Shown: one piece after another, positions 1 through 13,100 of the stretch | How positions within the stretch are numbered: position 1 is the first letter of the stretch | Layout: the number at the start of each line of letters is the position of its first letter | NCBI GenBank assembly: GCA_049968235.1 | Contig: JBMFRC010000001.1 | Coordinates: 192,001-256,000, forward strand | From: Candidatus Hydrogenedens sp. | GTDB lineage: Bacteria; Hydrogenedentota; Hydrogenedentia; Hydrogenedentales; Hydrogenedentaceae | DNA: 64,000 bases | Direction of reading: 5' to 3' | Notes under the pieces: model-generated | Databases searched by the model: none | What the model saw: only the letters and a program-made list of their open reading frames with translations | Told to the model about the DNA's origin: nothing | Position numbers and translations under genes: made by a program

Positions 1-101
1 CTTTTGTTGAACAGGAAATAAGAAGGCAGAGTATAAATAAAACTTCTCCCCATCGCAGGATGGGAAGAAGTTTTTTATTATTCTTACGAATATATCTGTG
101 A

Positions 102-1325
102 TTATCCAAAGTTATCGTAAGCAATCATATCATCCTCCACACCTAAACTGTGAAGCATGTTCAGACATGCGGACAACATAAGAGGAGGTCCGCAAATATA
201 GTATTCAATATCTTCCGGTGCGGGATGGTTCTTCAAGTATTCATCATGTAAAACTTGATGAATAAAGCCTGTTAGTCCTGTCCAGTTATCTTCGGGCAAT
301 GGTTCGGAAAGGGCAATATGCCAGCGGAAATTTTCATTCTCTCTTTGTATCATATTAAAATCATCTTCATAGAAGATTTCTCGCTTGCTTCTTGCACCAT
401 ACCAGAAGGTTACCTTACGCTTTGTTTTCAGCCGTTTGAACTGGTCAAAGATATGAGAACGCATAGGAGCCATACCGGCACCACCACCAATAAAACACAT
501 TTCTCGATTGGTTTCTTTCGCAAAGAATTCACCGAAGGGACCGGAGATAGTAACCTCATCACCGGGTTTTAAACTGAAAATATAGGAAGACATAATTCCG
601 GGCGGTATTCCTTTTGCATTCGGTGGGGGTAATGCAATACGAACATTGAGCATAATAATCCCTTTTTCATCGGGATAATTTGCCATTGAATAGGCACGCG
701 TTACATGTTCATCATTAACTGCAGTAATGTCCCATAATTTAAATTTATCCCACACATCACGGAATTGAGGTTCAATATCAAAATCTTTGTAGGAAATTTT
801 ATAAGGTGGGCATTGAATCTGAATGTAGCCACCAGCACGGAACGGAACTTCTTCTCCTTCCGGCAATTGTAGTACCAATTCTTTGATAAAGGTTGCTACA
901 CTGCGGTTGGATTTTACTTTACATTTCCACTGGCGAACTTCAAAAATTTCCGGAGGCAATTCAATCTTCATGTCTTGCTTGACTTTTACCTGACAGGCAA
1001 GACGGTAACCTTTCTTGGCTAAACCGCGATTAATATGCGTTTGCTCCGTAGGAAGCAGTGCCCCTCCACCTTCTTTAACAACTACTTTGCAAACACCACA
1101 ACTTCCTTTCCCTCCACAGGCAGAAGGAATAAATATTTTCTGGTTTGCAAGGGTGTTTAAAAGAGTCCCTCCGACAGGAGCACTTAATGCTTTGTTGGGG
1201 TCATCATTAACGATAATTTTTACGCTACCTGAGGCTACTAATTTTGCTTTTGCAATCATCAGTAAGATAGCCAGCGTTAACACAATTAATGAGAACATTA
1301 ACATTCCAAGCAATACCGTTTGCAT
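102..1325 (-). CDS. nqrF: Na+-translocating NADH:quinone oxidoreductase subunit F (N-terminal TM helix, 2Fe-2S ferredoxin Cys cluster, FAD/NAD-binding domains)
   Basis: 407-aa ORF; [12 protein letters not shown] ferredoxin-type Cys motif, RAYSMAN FAD motif, [12 protein letters not shown] motif; last gene of nqrA-F order. Confidence 0.93.
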   Translation of the reverse strand: MQTVLLGMLMFSLIVLTLAILLMIAKAKLVASGSVKIIVNDDPNKALSAPVGGTLLNTLANQKIFIPSACGGKGSCGVCKVVVKEGGGALLPTEQTHINRGLAKKGYRLACQVKVKQDMKIELPPEIFEVRQWKCKVKSNRSVATFIKELVLQLPEGEEVPFRAGGYIQIQCPPYKISYKDFDIEPQFRDVWDKFKLWDITAVNDEHVTRAYSMANYPDEKGIIMLNVRIALPPPNAKGIPPGIMSSYIFSLKPGDEVTISGPFGEFFAKETNREMCFIGGGAGMAPMRSHIFDQFKRLKTKRKVTFWYGARSKREIFYEDDFNMIQRENENFRWHIALSEPLPEDNWTGLTGFIHQVLHDEYLKNHPAPEDIEYYICGPPLMLSACLNMLHSLGVEDDMIAYDNFG

Positions 1326-1383
1326 GCTTGTAATTCCTTAATCCTTAAGTTTATTCAAATTAAATATTACCTTGTTCATCTGT

Positions 1384-2001
1384 TTATAGTTGAATCCCTG
1401 AGAATGCTAAGAAACCCAGAGCCATCAAACCGGTTAAAATAAAAGCCAGCCCCAGACCTCTTAATCCCGGAGGAACATTACTATATCTTAATTTTTCTCG
1501 TATTGAAGCCATACCAATAATGGCTAATGCCCATCCGATACCGGAGCCAATGGCAAAAACTAATGCATCGCCGAAGGCATAATCCCGCTGTTCCATAAAG
1601 AGAGCTGCACCCAATATGGCACAATTAACTGCAATTAATGGGAGGAATATCCCCAGAGCCGAATATAAAGTAGGAACGAAACGGTCTAAAAACATCTCTA
1701 CCAGTTGCACCAATGCGGCGATAGCACCGATATATGCAAGGAAACTTAAAAAGCCAAGGTCTACATTGGCAAGACTGGGATGTATCCATGCCATAGCCCC
1801 TTCACGAAGTAAGTAATTAAAGATAAGATTGCTGGCAACAACAGCAAGTACAAGAACAAATATGACTGCTGTTCCCAGTCCGATGGCTGTCTCGACCTTT
1901 CGTGATACTGCCATAAAAGAACACATACCTAAAAAGAAAGCCAGTGCCATATTCTCGATAAAAGCACTTTTTATAAATAAACCTGCATAATGCTCAAACA
2001 T
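1384..2001 (-). CDS. nqrE: Na+-NQR subunit E (polytopic membrane protein)
   Basis: 205-aa hydrophobic ORF, NqrE/RnfA-like sequence, position between nqrD and nqrF. Confidence 0.9.
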   Translation of the reverse strand: MFEHYAGLFIKSAFIENMALAFFLGMCSFMAVSRKVETAIGLGTAVIFVLVLAVVASNLIFNYLLREGAMAWIHPSLANVDLGFLSFLAYIGAIAALVQLVEMFLDRFVPTLYSALGIFLPLIAVNCAILGAALFMEQRDYAFGDALVFAIGSGIGWALAIIGMASIREKLRYSNVPPGLRGLGLAFILTGLMALGFLAFSGIQL

Positions 2002-2008
2002 GGTAGAA

Positions 2009-2644
2009 TTACTCCTTCTCTTGCTGTTCAGGTTTCCATGTCCGAAGTAACCAGATAAGCATTGCTATCATAAATAAGGCTCCCGGAGCCATAAGTAAGA
2101 TACCATTCGGATAATACCAACCCCCTTCATTGACCGTTTTTAACACCGTATACCCCAAAATCTTTCCCGACCCGAACAGTTCCCGGAAAATACCCAACAC
2201 AATTAATATCATGCTATAGCCCAAACCATTTCCTATACCATCTAAAAAACTTACCCAGGGAGGATTTTGCATGGCATACGCCTCTGCACGTCCCATAACA
2301 ATACAGTTTGTGATGATAAGCCCCACAAATACAGATAATTGCTTGCTAATTGTAGGCACAAATGCTTTTAATATTTGGTCCGCAATAATGACCAATGACG
2401 CTATAATTGTTAATTGGATAATAATACGGACATTTGTAGGAACTAAGTTTCGTATCAAACTAATAGATAAGTTGGAGAATGCAGTTACTACTGTAAGAGA
2501 GATTGCCATTACTATGGCTTTGTCCAATTTTGTCGTAACAGCCAGAGCAGAACAAATACCTAATATTTGTAATGCAATAGGATTATTGTTAAACAATGGG
2601 TCAATTAATGCAGAGCGTTCTTTTTTCCCTAAGATAGCACTCAT
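2009..2644 (-). CDS. nqrD: Na+-NQR subunit D
   Basis: 211-aa hydrophobic ORF, NqrD/RnfE-like, operon position. Confidence 0.9.
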   Translation of the reverse strand: MSAILGKKERSALIDPLFNNNPIALQILGICSALAVTTKLDKAIVMAISLTVVTAFSNLSISLIRNLVPTNVRIIIQLTIIASLVIIADQILKAFVPTISKQLSVFVGLIITNCIVMGRAEAYAMQNPPWVSFLDGIGNGLGYSMILIVLGIFRELFGSGKILGYTVLKTVNEGGWYYPNGILLMAPGALFMIAMLIWLLRTWKPEQQEKE

Positions 2645-2646
2645 AT

Positions 2647-3429
2647 CTATAAACTCCCTTGTTGTTTCTTATTCTTGATATATTTTCCATATCCACTATC
2701 ACTTAACCAGAAACGGATTAAGTTCGTAACACCTCGACTGGTCATGGTAGCACCGGATAAACCATCTACATGATACGGGTCAGAATCCGGAGAACCTGCC
2801 TGTCCTTTGATAACAGAAAGTTTGACTTCTCCTCCGGAATCATAGACCTTCCGGCCTACCCACAATTGACACCATTTGGGATTTTCAATTTCACCACCTA
2901 ACCCCGGTGTTTCTCCATGTTCATAGAAAATAATTCCGCGAACTGTATTTAAATCCTTATCTATCGCTAAATACCCATATAGCATAGACCATAAGCCCCG
3001 CCCTTGAATAGGTAATATAACTTCATCTATTTGCCCCTGCCGTTTTACCATATACACAAAGCCATACTTTGGCATATCAATCAAACCAGCAGAATTCGGT
3101 GGTGCTTTTTTACTCAGATTTGGGTCTTTCAATGCCCGTTTCGGGTCGAACGTATCCGGAGAAATATCTGTGGCATAGTCGCCTGTGTCAAAATTTACAA
3201 GTCTTACATCAATATTCTCTTTGAATTTACTCTGTATCCCTTCACGAGATAAACTTTCCGAAGGACTAACCAGACCGGAAACAAGTAATATTTTATGTTG
3301 CCGGTCTAAAATCTGGTTGATTTGTTGTCGTTCTTTTAATCCGACTGCCGCACTTGCTACAAGAATAGAACATATCCCACAAAGGACAGTCGTAAAAATA
3401 ATTGTATAAAGACTTCCTTCACGCTGCAT
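2647..3429 (-). CDS. nqrC: Na+-NQR subunit C (FMN-binding)
   Basis: 260 aa, N-terminal TM anchor, SGATMTS motif typical of covalent FMN attachment site of NqrC/RnfG. Confidence 0.88.
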   Translation of the reverse strand: MQREGSLYTIIFTTVLCGICSILVASAAVGLKERQQINQILDRQHKILLVSGLVSPSESLSREGIQSKFKENIDVRLVNFDTGDYATDISPDTFDPKRALKDPNLSKKAPPNSAGLIDMPKYGFVYMVKRQGQIDEVILPIQGRGLWSMLYGYLAIDKDLNTVRGIIFYEHGETPGLGGEIENPKWCQLWVGRKVYDSGGEVKLSVIKGQAGSPDSDPYHVDGLSGATMTSRGVTNLIRFWLSDSGYGKYIKNKKQQGSL

Positions 3430-4690
3430 GGTGCGTCAATCTCCTTTTAATGTTCGATTGCATTACAAAGTAATCTGTTAATGGAGCAAAAATGTTGGCA
3501 AATAAGATAACCAACATGGTTACTTCCGGATATGCAGGGTTTACTGTTCTTAATAAAACTACAAAGGAACCTATAAATAAACCATAAATCCAGCGACCGG
3601 TATCTGTAAATGGTGAGGAAACAGGGTCAGTAGCCATAAATACACCCCCAAAGGCTAATCCACCAATAACCCAATGCCAAAGCGGTCCTGCCTGGAAAGC
3701 AGGGTTTGTTGGAGAATGGTAAAAACTTAACAAAAGAGCCATAATTCCCGAACCTATAAACACTCCCGCAATTGTTCGCCATGAACCAACGCCGGTATAA
3801 ATTAAAATTAGAGCACCAATCAGGCATGCAATCACAGATGTTTCACCCATAGACCCCGGTTCCAATCCTATAACCGATTCCAGCCAACTGGTAACCCCAT
3901 CATGTAGATTGATGGAGAAAACACCTGCACTCTGTAGTGATTCAACTCCTTTGTCTTTTATCACGGCGAGACAAGTTGCTCCACTATATCCGTCAACTGC
4001 AACCCATACTTTATCACCACTAATCTGTGCTGGATAGGCAAAATACAAAAAGGCACGAGCAGTAAGGGCTGGGTTTAATATGTTCATTCCTACACCACCA
4101 AAGATTTCTTTTCCTATCACCACACCGAAAATAATACCGATGGCTACCTGCCAAAGGGGTATCTGCGGGGGAAGGATTAGGGGGAATAAAAGACTGGTAA
4201 CCAGAAATCCTTCGCTGATTTCGTGTTTCCGCACAATTGCAAAAATAACCTCACAAATACCACCACAGGCTAAGGTAACGATATATATCGGGAAGAAATA
4301 TAAGGCACCGTAGAGAATACAGGAAATTACATTACTTGCATTAAAACTCAATCCCAGAGCACGAAATACGCCAGCACGCCAGCCTGGTACTTGTTCCGGG
4401 GATAATCCCATACTTTCAATACCTAAAAACGCCTGCAAACCTGTATTGTATAAAGCCATGATTACACACGGGGTTAAAGCAACTACGACGGTTATCATAA
4501 GTCGTTTCAAATCAATGGCATCTCGCACATGAGGAGCACCTTTTGTTACGGTTCCCGGCGTATAAAGAAAGGTGTCATTCGCTTCCCACAGAGGATAAAG
4601 CCACGCCAACTTTCCTCCGGGTTCAAACATTTTTCCCTGATGGTCTAAAATATTCCGAAGCCATTTCATATATTTATCCTTCCTTCTCAA
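3419..4690 (-). CDS. nqrB: Na+-NQR subunit B (true start probably internal Met near 4669)
   Basis: 423-aa polytopic membrane ORF, NqrB/RnfD-like, FEPGG N-terminal motif, SGAT FMN site; 5' end overlaps nqrA stop. Confidence 0.88.
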   Translation of the reverse strand: MRRKDKYMKWLRNILDHQGKMFEPGGKLAWLYPLWEANDTFLYTPGTVTKGAPHVRDAIDLKRLMITVVVALTPCVIMALYNTGLQAFLGIESMGLSPEQVPGWRAGVFRALGLSFNASNVISCILYGALYFFPIYIVTLACGGICEVIFAIVRKHEISEGFLVTSLLFPLILPPQIPLWQVAIGIIFGVVIGKEIFGGVGMNILNPALTARAFLYFAYPAQISGDKVWVAVDGYSGATCLAVIKDKGVESLQSAGVFSINLHDGVTSWLESVIGLEPGSMGETSVIACLIGALILIYTGVGSWRTIAGVFIGSGIMALLLSFYHSPTNPAFQAGPLWHWVIGGLAFGGVFMATDPVSSPFTDTGRWIYGLFIGSFVVLLRTVNPAYPEVTMLVILFANIFAPLTDYFVMQSNIKRRLTHHAA

Positions 4691-6059
4691 TCAACTCTAA
4701 ATTTCTTCTCAACATGGGACCAAAATCATTTTTACCGGGACATACAAAACTGCAAAGAGCAAGGTCTTCTTCTTCGAGTTCAAGACATCCCAATTGTTCC
4801 GCCCGTTCTACATCGTCCATTGCAAGAGAACGAAGTAAAAAGGTAGGAATAATATCCAGAGGCATTACTTTTTCATACAAACCTATAGGGATAATTGCCC
4901 GATGTCCTCCGTGCATTGCAGTTGTAAAATCAAACTTCTTATTTTTTCCACCGAACCATGATGAAGCAAAAAGGTTTAACACCGAAAATTTATTCTTACC
5001 CGGTGCTAACCATCCTAAAAATTCTCGTTCTCTACCTTCCGCAAGTACAGAAATCTGTTGATGATAGCGACCTAAATAACCGAAAATATCACCTTGCGCA
5101 ATATTTCCCGACCATACAGAACCGGAAATAACCCGTTGTTCACCCGCATTGAGTTCATTTGCAACCAACTCATCTATACTGGCACCTAAACGGGTCTTTA
5201 TATATCTCGGTTTCTTAACCCCGGGACCTGCAAGAGTAATGACACGCTGTAAATCTAAAAGTCCCGTTTTAAATAAATAACCTATTACTGCTACATCCTG
5301 TAATGCTATATACCATACTGTTTTGTTACGGTCCACCGGGTCAAGGAAATGTATATGTGTTCCGGGCAAACCACTGGGATGTGGTCCCTCAAATTCCTCC
5401 ACCTGCACTTTTCCATCACTTTTCACTCCAAAATTCGAACCCGGTGATTGACAGAAAAATACCTTTCCCTGCGTCAAACGCTTTATTACTTCTAAACCTA
5501 AAGATATATCTTCTTTTCGGTCTTTTATACACAATTGTAAATCTGGTGCTAATGGATTACTATCCATGGCTGTGATAAAAATAGAATGTGGGATACTATC
5601 AACTACAGGATTTTTTCCAAATGGGCGTGTCCGAAATGATAACCACATTCCGGATTCAATAAGTAAACCACGAATTTCATCATCTGACAAATTAGCAATT
5701 GGTTTCCCTTTGTAATTTTCAAATGAAATTTGCTCTTCAGCAGATGGTCTTCCAGAAATATCGCTTTCTTCAATTTCAATGACAACACTCTGTAATGCTC
5801 TTCGTTCACCGCGATGAATTGCTATAACCTCTCCTTTTGCGAAACTGGTATGAACGACACCTGGTAATTTTTTGTTTTCAAATAAAATTTGTCCGCGTTT
5901 TACTTTTTCGCCCACAGTAACCTTAAAAGAGGGACGCATACCAATGTAGTCATTCGCAAGTATGGCAACCCTTTTAACAGTTTTGTTTGTATCAATGACG
6001 GGTTCCGGTGAGCCTGTAATAGGTAGGTCTAACCCTTTTTTAATTGTGTATTTGCTCAT
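4674..6059 (-). CDS. nqrA: Na+-NQR subunit A
   Basis: 461-aa soluble ORF heading six-gene nqr operon; NqrA-like N-terminus ([10 protein letters not shown]). Confidence 0.88.
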   Translation of the reverse strand: MSKYTIKKGLDLPITGSPEPVIDTNKTVKRVAILANDYIGMRPSFKVTVGEKVKRGQILFENKKLPGVVHTSFAKGEVIAIHRGERRALQSVVIEIEESDISGRPSAEEQISFENYKGKPIANLSDDEIRGLLIESGMWLSFRTRPFGKNPVVDSIPHSIFITAMDSNPLAPDLQLCIKDRKEDISLGLEVIKRLTQGKVFFCQSPGSNFGVKSDGKVQVEEFEGPHPSGLPGTHIHFLDPVDRNKTVWYIALQDVAVIGYLFKTGLLDLQRVITLAGPGVKKPRYIKTRLGASIDELVANELNAGEQRVISGSVWSGNIAQGDIFGYLGRYHQQISVLAEGREREFLGWLAPGKNKFSVLNLFASSWFGGKNKKFDFTTAMHGGHRAIIPIGLYEKVMPLDIIPTFLLRSLAMDDVERAEQLGCLELEEEDLALCSFVCPGKNDFGPMLRRNLELIEKEG

Positions 6060-6301
6060 AAAAACAAAACCTGCCTGCTCGAAATAAGTTTGAGTTTATT
6101 GTATTGTAATTACATAGAGAGAAAAAATTAAACATAAATATAAAAAACTTCTATAATAATAGTCAAACTCAAAATTAGAATAAAACTGATGTAAGTATAT
6201 ACTTACTGTTCGTTAAATTGCAAATTGCAAACCTTATCTCTTTTATTATTAAAAATTTTTTGTGTCTCATTGCTTTTTTGTGGAGAAAATTTATTTTTTT
6301 T

Positions 6302-7060
6302 CTATGTTGCTATGAAGCCACCATCCACAATTAATTCCGCACCTGTCATCCAGCTGGATTCATCGGATGCAAGAAATAGTGCGGTATATGCAATATCTTC
6401 AGGTTTGCCAAGCCGTTTTAATGGCAAACTATCACCAATGGCTTTTTTCTTCTCAGGTGTCAAATAAGGTTCTTGTAAAGGCGTATCAACCATCCCCGGA
6501 TGAATAATATTACAACGAATATTGTCGGGACCAAATTGTACCGCTAATGATTTTGCTAATGAAATTAACGCACCTTTGGCACAGGTATAGGAATCCTGAG
6601 CCAATGTAAATCCGACCAATGCAGAGATTGAACCTACAAGGATGATGGACCCACCACCTGCTTTCTGCAAATATGGAATGCCATGTTTTGTCAGGAAAAA
6701 AGCACCTTTTAGATTTATCGCCTGCACAATATCCCAGTTTTCTTCGGTAGTTTCGATAACAGATTTATCACGGTCTTTCCATAATACGCCCGCATTGGCA
6801 TACAAAATATCCAATTTCCCGAATTGCTTTACAGCCTCTTCCACTCCTGCTTTTACATCTGCTTCCTTGCTTACATCACCAATAAAGACTGCACACTTAC
6901 CACCTTCGGATTTTATGATGTTTTCTGTTTCACGAGCTGCTTTTTCGTTCATATCAAATATCAATACACTGGTACCTTCGCGTGCAAAAAGTACTGAACC
7001 CGCACGACCCATACCCAGACCAGCACCCGTAATAATAGCGACTTTATCTTTTAATCTCAT
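6302..7060 (-). CDS. SDR-family oxidoreductase (3-oxoacyl-ACP reductase-like)
   Basis: 252 aa; TGAGLGMG Rossmann motif, NAG, YxxxK catalytic motif (YTCAKGAL). Confidence 0.85.
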   Translation of the reverse strand: MRLKDKVAIITGAGLGMGRAGSVLFAREGTSVLIFDMNEKAARETENIIKSEGGKCAVFIGDVSKEADVKAGVEEAVKQFGKLDILYANAGVLWKDRDKSVIETTEENWDIVQAINLKGAFFLTKHGIPYLQKAGGGSIILVGSISALVGFTLAQDSYTCAKGALISLAKSLAVQFGPDNIRCNIIHPGMVDTPLQEPYLTPEKKKAIGDSLPLKRLGKPEDIAYTALFLASDESSWMTGAELIVDGGFIAT

Positions 7061-7148
7061 AAAAATACTCCTTTTCCTTTTGGGTTATGTGTAACGAAAT
7101 TGAATGGGAATACATATCATATATGAATTGAATAGGTAATTTAAATTT

Positions 7149-7952
7149 TTATCTTTTTTCAGGAACATTCAATTTAATCATATCAACATAAAAGGCATCT
7201 CCTTCCGTTCTGACATGATAAAATTCTGGGGAAAAATCCTCAAAATTCCAATTTAGTGAAGGAAGTATAAAAACGGGCGTTTCTTCTATAATATACTTTT
7301 CCTTTTTGTGCAGGTGTCCACAGAACATAGCATTGGGTTTATATCTTTTAAATATCTCGCTCAATGCTTTCTGGTCATTAGAAGAAAGATACATATTTTC
7401 CGCTTTCCCTTCAATATTAGGGGGAATATGTGCAAATACAAAAATAAAAGGAACTTGTTTCCTATCTACATTTAGTTCGTGTTCTAACCAATCTTGTTGT
7501 TCCTTTCCTTTAATTCCTTCGGATTCAAAATGACCAATATGGTCACCCGTATCGGATGCATCACAAAGGGCAATACATTTCACTTGCTTATAACTAAAAG
7601 AATAGAAATCCTTATCCGTAAAATCCTCTGGAAACATTTTGGCTAGTATTTTCCTATCTTCTCTTTTTTCATGATTTCCAAAAATAACATGAAAGGGTAT
7701 TGTAGGTTTTAGTTCATTAAATACTTTTTCAAACTCTTTCGCATGAATATCCCCCGTAACGACTACAAAATCTGGTTTCGGTCTTAATTCATCTAATTGT
7801 TTCACAAAGGTAGTGAAATGTTTCGTTCCGTCCTTCTCCGCCATGTGTAAATCCGATACTACAACAAATGAAACTTCTTCCGCTCTTGCAAATGTTACGA
7901 TAATGAAAAATATTGTGAGAGTTAATAGTAAATTTACTTTTAAATGTTTCAT
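7149..7952 (-). CDS. secreted metallophosphoesterase (calcineurin-like)
   Basis: 267 aa; signal peptide; DLH..GD..GNHE..GHLH metal-binding motifs. Confidence 0.8.
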   Translation of the reverse strand: MKHLKVNLLLTLTIFFIIVTFARAEEVSFVVVSDLHMAEKDGTKHFTTFVKQLDELRPKPDFVVVTGDIHAKEFEKVFNELKPTIPFHVIFGNHEKREDRKILAKMFPEDFTDKDFYSFSYKQVKCIALCDASDTGDHIGHFESEGIKGKEQQDWLEHELNVDRKQVPFIFVFAHIPPNIEGKAENMYLSSNDQKALSEIFKRYKPNAMFCGHLHKKEKYIIEETPVFILPSLNWNFEDFSPEFYHVRTEGDAFYVDMIKLNVPEKR

Positions 7953-8044
7953 GATTAGTACTCCATTTATATCCGTTTGAAATAGAATGAGATTTATTAT
8001 ACCCGTGTAAGAAGAAAGAATAAAAAGGGGTATATGAGTCGTAT

Positions 8045-10114
8045 CTATTTTGGGTGTCCAAAAAGGATTTCCGCATCCTTTCGGGCTTTTTGAATAAGGT
8101 TCAGGTCACGGGTAAAATTGATGAATTTTAAGTCGCTTTCACCGGACTGGCGAAGTCCTCCAATCTCTCCATGCCCCCGTATGATTAAATCTTTTTCCGC
8201 AATTTCAAAACCGTCGTTTGTTGCACAAAGTATTTTCAACCGCTCCATACTAGTTTCATTGTTTGAAGCAGGTAGCAGGAAACAATAGGAAGGATGAGGA
8301 CCACGTCCTACCCTTCCTCGCAATTGATGTAGTTGAGCGAGTCCAAAACACTCTGCATTTTCGACCACAAGATTTGTTGCCCTTTGCACATCTATTCCTA
8401 CTTCAATAACTGTGGTCGAAAATAAAACATCAATTTCCCCTTGAGCAAAACGGTTTATTACATCAGCTTTTTCGCTAAACGAGAGGCGACCATGTATTAA
8501 GTCTGTTCGTAAGGAGGAGAAGGGACCATAACGAAGTTTTTCGTAAACCGCCAGTAAGGGTTTCAAATTTTCTTTATGTGTGGATTCTTCGATACTTGGG
8601 CAAACCCAATAGGTAGCAAAATCCTTCTGTGCCTGCTGGATAATAAATTGGATTAAACCTTCCCGTTTCTTTTCCATGATAATATAAGTTTTAACAGGCG
8701 AACGTCCCGGAGGCATCTCATCAATAACACTTATATCCATACCACCATATATGGTCATCGCAAGAGAACGCGGTATTGGCGTTGCTGTCAGATAAAGAAG
8801 ATCCGGGGCGGTTCCTTTCATTCGTAATTTTCGCCTTTGCATAACACCGAAACGATGTTGTTCATCAATAACAACAAGTCCTAAATTATGAAACAGTGTT
8901 GCTTCCTGTATGAGTGCCTGTGTGCCTACAACAATATGTATCTCTCCCTGTGCAATTTGTTTTCGTATCTCTTTTGCATTTTTAATGGAATGGGTTAATA
9001 ATTCAATCCGAATAGGCAGGGGAGATAAGAGTTTTTTAAGATTTAAATAATGTTGTTCTGCTAATATCTCCGTAGGAGCCATTAATGCTGACTGGTAACA
9101 ACTATCCACGCAGGCACAAACAGCATGGAGAGCAACCAATGTTTTACCGCAACCAACATCTCCCTGAATTAAACGAAGCATCTGTTTGGGAGCGGATAAA
9201 TCATGGAGGATTTCATCAACAACCCGTTGCTGTGCAGAAGTCAGGTTGAAAGGCAATTGACGACGGAAGGTCGTTAGATTTTCACCGTTTGTCCTATGAA
9301 TACAAACAGATTTATTTTTAACATTTTCCTCCTTCCAAATCCACCATTCTTTCTGGATTTTTAATACCTCATTATAAGCGAGCCGTTTACGTGCTTCTTC
9401 TACCTCTTCTAATGTTTCAGGGAAATGTAACTTTTGAAAGACTTCATACATGGGTATTAGCCCACGAACTTTTAGAAACTCCTCTGATAAATCATCTTCA
9501 ATGTGGACACTTAATATTGTTTCATATACCCACCGGCGAAATGAGCGAAGGGAAATACCTTCACAGAGAGTATATATCGGGACAATACGCGCAGTATGTA
9601 TATTTGTTTCTTCATCTATATATTCCTCATATTCAGGATTGTTCATTACAAAACGAGCATTCATCCTTTCTACAGAGCCATAAAGGAAAAATCTCCTACC
9701 CGGTTGGAATAAGTGTCGCGTAAGGTAGGGGCGTCCCCAAAATATTCCTTCTATGGTTCCTGTGTTGTCCTTGAAGATTACCCGTGCCTGAGATAGCCCC
9801 TTTCGCAGGTAAACCTGTCTTGTATGTTCTACTACTACAGACAGTGTATATTTCTTACCTTCTTCTAATGTCTGTATGCTTCTCAAACATCTACGGTCTT
9901 CATATCTACGAGGTGGATAAAGAAGTAAATCCTGAACTGTTTTTATACCTATGGAATTTAATTTTTTTTCGCGTCCGGGACCCACCTCCGGTAGAGATGA
10001 AACAGGAACATCCCAAAATTGTGGATAAGTAGTTTTCTGTTTCTTCTTAGCAATCATATAGATATTCCTGAATATATAATGGGATAAGTAATGTGCGTTT
10101 TCAGAAAGTATCAT
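8045..10114 (-). CDS. recG: ATP-dependent DNA helicase RecG (likely start at Met ~10057)
   Basis: 689 aa; wedge/OB N-terminal domain, GDVGCGKT Walker A, DEQHRFGV DEAH box, QLRGRVGRG motif VI. Confidence 0.9.
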   Translation of the reverse strand: MILSENAHYLSHYIFRNIYMIAKKKQKTTYPQFWDVPVSSLPEVGPGREKKLNSIGIKTVQDLLLYPPRRYEDRRCLRSIQTLEEGKKYTLSVVVEHTRQVYLRKGLSQARVIFKDNTGTIEGIFWGRPYLTRHLFQPGRRFFLYGSVERMNARFVMNNPEYEEYIDEETNIHTARIVPIYTLCEGISLRSFRRWVYETILSVHIEDDLSEEFLKVRGLIPMYEVFQKLHFPETLEEVEEARKRLAYNEVLKIQKEWWIWKEENVKNKSVCIHRTNGENLTTFRRQLPFNLTSAQQRVVDEILHDLSAPKQMLRLIQGDVGCGKTLVALHAVCACVDSCYQSALMAPTEILAEQHYLNLKKLLSPLPIRIELLTHSIKNAKEIRKQIAQGEIHIVVGTQALIQEATLFHNLGLVVIDEQHRFGVMQRRKLRMKGTAPDLLYLTATPIPRSLAMTIYGGMDISVIDEMPPGRSPVKTYIIMEKKREGLIQFIIQQAQKDFATYWVCPSIEESTHKENLKPLLAVYEKLRYGPFSSLRTDLIHGRLSFSEKADVINRFAQGEIDVLFSTTVIEVGIDVQRATNLVVENAECFGLAQLHQLRGRVGRGPHPSYCFLLPASNNETSMERLKILCATNDGFEIAEKDLIIRGHGEIGGLRQSGESDLKFINFTRDLNLIQKARKDAEILFGHPK

Positions 10115-10171
10115 ATCATGTTGTAAAGGAGGCAGACAGGTTAGATAAATTGGACATTAAAGAGTACTTCT

Positions 10172-13100
10172 TTAATTATCCATTTGTATTTCAACAGATA
10201 ATCTGCCTCGGTAGATTGTTTCCGCCCATACCTTAACTATTTCAGGTACAATACGGCCTTCTGACTGTATCCGGGGAGTTTTGTACTTCGGAAGAATCTC
10301 AAAAGAAAAGGTTCCATAAGCAGGACCGGGTTTCTTCCATTCTGCAACTACCAAAAACCACTCATCTTTAATGGCATTCACCTTCACACTCCATCTATTA
10401 TCATCTGCTTTGAGTTCTGGCAGTCCACCTCGTTGCATGTGCAATAAAAAGTTTACTTTGTTCAAAGTACTTTCTTTTGTTGAAGGAATTATTTGTATCT
10501 TTTTTGTACTTTCAATAATATTTTCTTCCTTTTCTGGTTGTGATGCATCATATATTTTTACTACGACTTTATTTCTCGGTTTATACAGGAACAACTTTCC
10601 GGGTTCAATTTTTATTTTATTTTTTCCTTCCATGGCATATACCCAGACCTTACCTCCTTCATCCTGATGAAATTCGGGGACAACTGCAATGGCAAATTTA
10701 GGGGAGATGATTCGAACAGAAGGTGAGATAAGTGTTCCGAATACAAATTGAGTATCATTTGTAAAATTTCTTCCCTGAATAAAAACGACATTACCCCCTT
10801 CTGCAAATGCTTCGGAAGGTTCAATTCGTGTGATAATCTGCTTCCCCAGAACAGGAACAGGAGAAACATCTGCACCATCCCAAATACCATCTCCATCACT
10901 ATCATTACATGTTGGGTCAGTTTCATTTTCATCCCATATTCCATTGCGATTTCGGTCTTCATTTCCGTCTGGAATACCGTCTCCATCACTATCTTGTACA
11001 TAAAGATTTGTTTCTCCTTCATCTACTATCCCGTTTCGGTTGCGGTCTTCTACAATATCAAATAAGCCATCTCCATCCGTATCTTCGATGCCCATTTCTG
11101 AATAGGTCAATCCCTGAAATAAATTTATTGCAAAAGATTTATTATCATTATTAGGTAGATTTATAGAACTCAATGGTGTTCGTGCTGATAGAATTACAAT
11201 TTTCCCATACCCGTAATTCCTTGAAAGACAAGCGACCTGTTTCGCCGTTGATACGGAATCTTTGTTTGGCGGTGGAAAAGCATAATTTGCTGAGGAAATA
11301 GACTTCAATGTTCCACCTCCGATAATAGAAAATTCTTTCCCTTCAAAGTCCGGAATATTGGCTATTTCGACAGGCAATTTCCCATCAAACCTTTGTTTCG
11401 GATTATAGGATACACCCAGAGGCGTAAGCCAATAATTAAATAAATCAGAGTCGCCCTCAGGATAATAGTCCCCCAAGATAAGAAGTCTTCCTCCCTGAAA
11501 AACATAATCCAGTAAATCTTTAATATTAATCATTCCACTTGCAATTGCTTTCGCTTCAATAATTACAATCCCATAATTTGTAAGCACATCTTTCTCTATA
11601 GGCTCGGAAATTTCTTCACACGAAAAAAAGTAAGGGGCACCGGACAATATTTCTACCAGAAGTTTTATTTCACGCGGGTCTTTATGGCTACGAAATGATT
11701 CTGGAATGGATTGAGCCCATACAAACAAAATTCTACGAAGATTTATACTGTTTCTAACTACATGAACCCGTACATAATGGTTTGAAGAAACAGAAAAATT
11801 ATTATTTACAAGTTCCTGATTTACAATGGGCTTAATATTAAGCCATACAGAAGGAATATATTTGGACCAGGAATAAGGTATCAGCCCCAAATAGAGGTAG
11901 GTATTGTCAAAATAATTATTTCGATACCATAATAGCCAATCCACGGGATTGTTAATATATGTAATTTCCCAATCAATAATTGCGGGGTGTTGTTTGCCTA
12001 ACAAAATTCCACGGACATCCTTTCCGGCACGCTCACTTTGAAAGTATAATTCATCGATAACAATTCCATTTTCAGTTTCATCAGTAGGAAGAGAAGGATT
12101 CTTCGGGGCAAGTGGAAAAAGATATTTAATGAAGCCTGTGTTTGTAAGTAGCCATTCTTTCTTGCTTTTATCATTGACATTTATTTGTATCAGTCTCCCC
12201 CCCATTCCCACATTAAGCGTTGTATCAGATAACCAGTTTAAATAAGTAATTGGCTCTTCAAATTTGTCCACCCATGATATATCAAAAGGTTCTCCTACAA
12301 TCTCCAGGCGGTTATTATATGCTACCGCAACAATTTTTTGTGATGGGTTAACAGATATTTGCCATGAATCCTCAATACCACTAAAAGAATATTCTAATTT
12401 TTTTTCCCATCCTCCGATAGGTTCCCACTTTGCAAAGGTTAAATAACCAAATCCCTCTGAAAAAGATGTTGTCTTTATCCAAAAACCATCTATCGCAGGG
12501 TATATATTTTTCTCCTGAATGTTTCCTTCTCCATATAGGGTCAGTGGCTCATTAAGTTTAACCCCATTTTTTGTATCAAACATAGATATTTCACTCTTAT
12601 TTCCCCGTGAACTTCCATTATCCCAACAACTCGTCATTACTATAAAAAAGGAATCCTGTATCGGGAATATTTCCTGAACCGAACATTCTTCTAAAAATAC
12701 ATCTGACAAAAAGGGACGACTCATTTTTAAGTATCCATCAACGATATAAAATTGAGGAGTTCCCCAAAAGTTGGATTTTTCTATTACCCACATCCCCTTT
12801 TCATTAAAAGGACTAACTATATCCGGGGCAAAAGGTATCGGAATCTCACTTTTTGGTGTTTGTATAAAACGATTATCATCCAGAACAAAGAGCAATACTC
12901 TCCCTAATGATATATTCCCGCTCTCATTTTTCTGAAATATTGCATACTGTCTTAAACTGTTTATCGGCTCTGTATAAGGATATACTTGCATTACTTCCCA
13001 ATTCGGTCCTGTAACAAAAAATCGAACATCCTTAATTCTACCTGAACTATCAATAAGGGTATAGTAAATACCGTCTTCCTGCAAAGAATCTTCCTTTTCC

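Noticed and set aside
318-1341. Antisense or overlapping ORFs inside nqrF (318..572, 1015..1341) and similar shadow ORFs elsewhere (e.g. 2271..2678, 9391..9723, 25302..25787, 53489..53935)
   Set aside because: They are embedded in confidently assigned genes on the other strand, have no motifs, and are typical AT-rich-genome shadow ORFs.
7789-8076. 95-aa ORF bridging the phosphoesterase and recG genes
   Set aside because: Overlaps the 5' end of the phosphoesterase gene in another frame and the recG 3' end, with no RBS or motif. Likely spurious.
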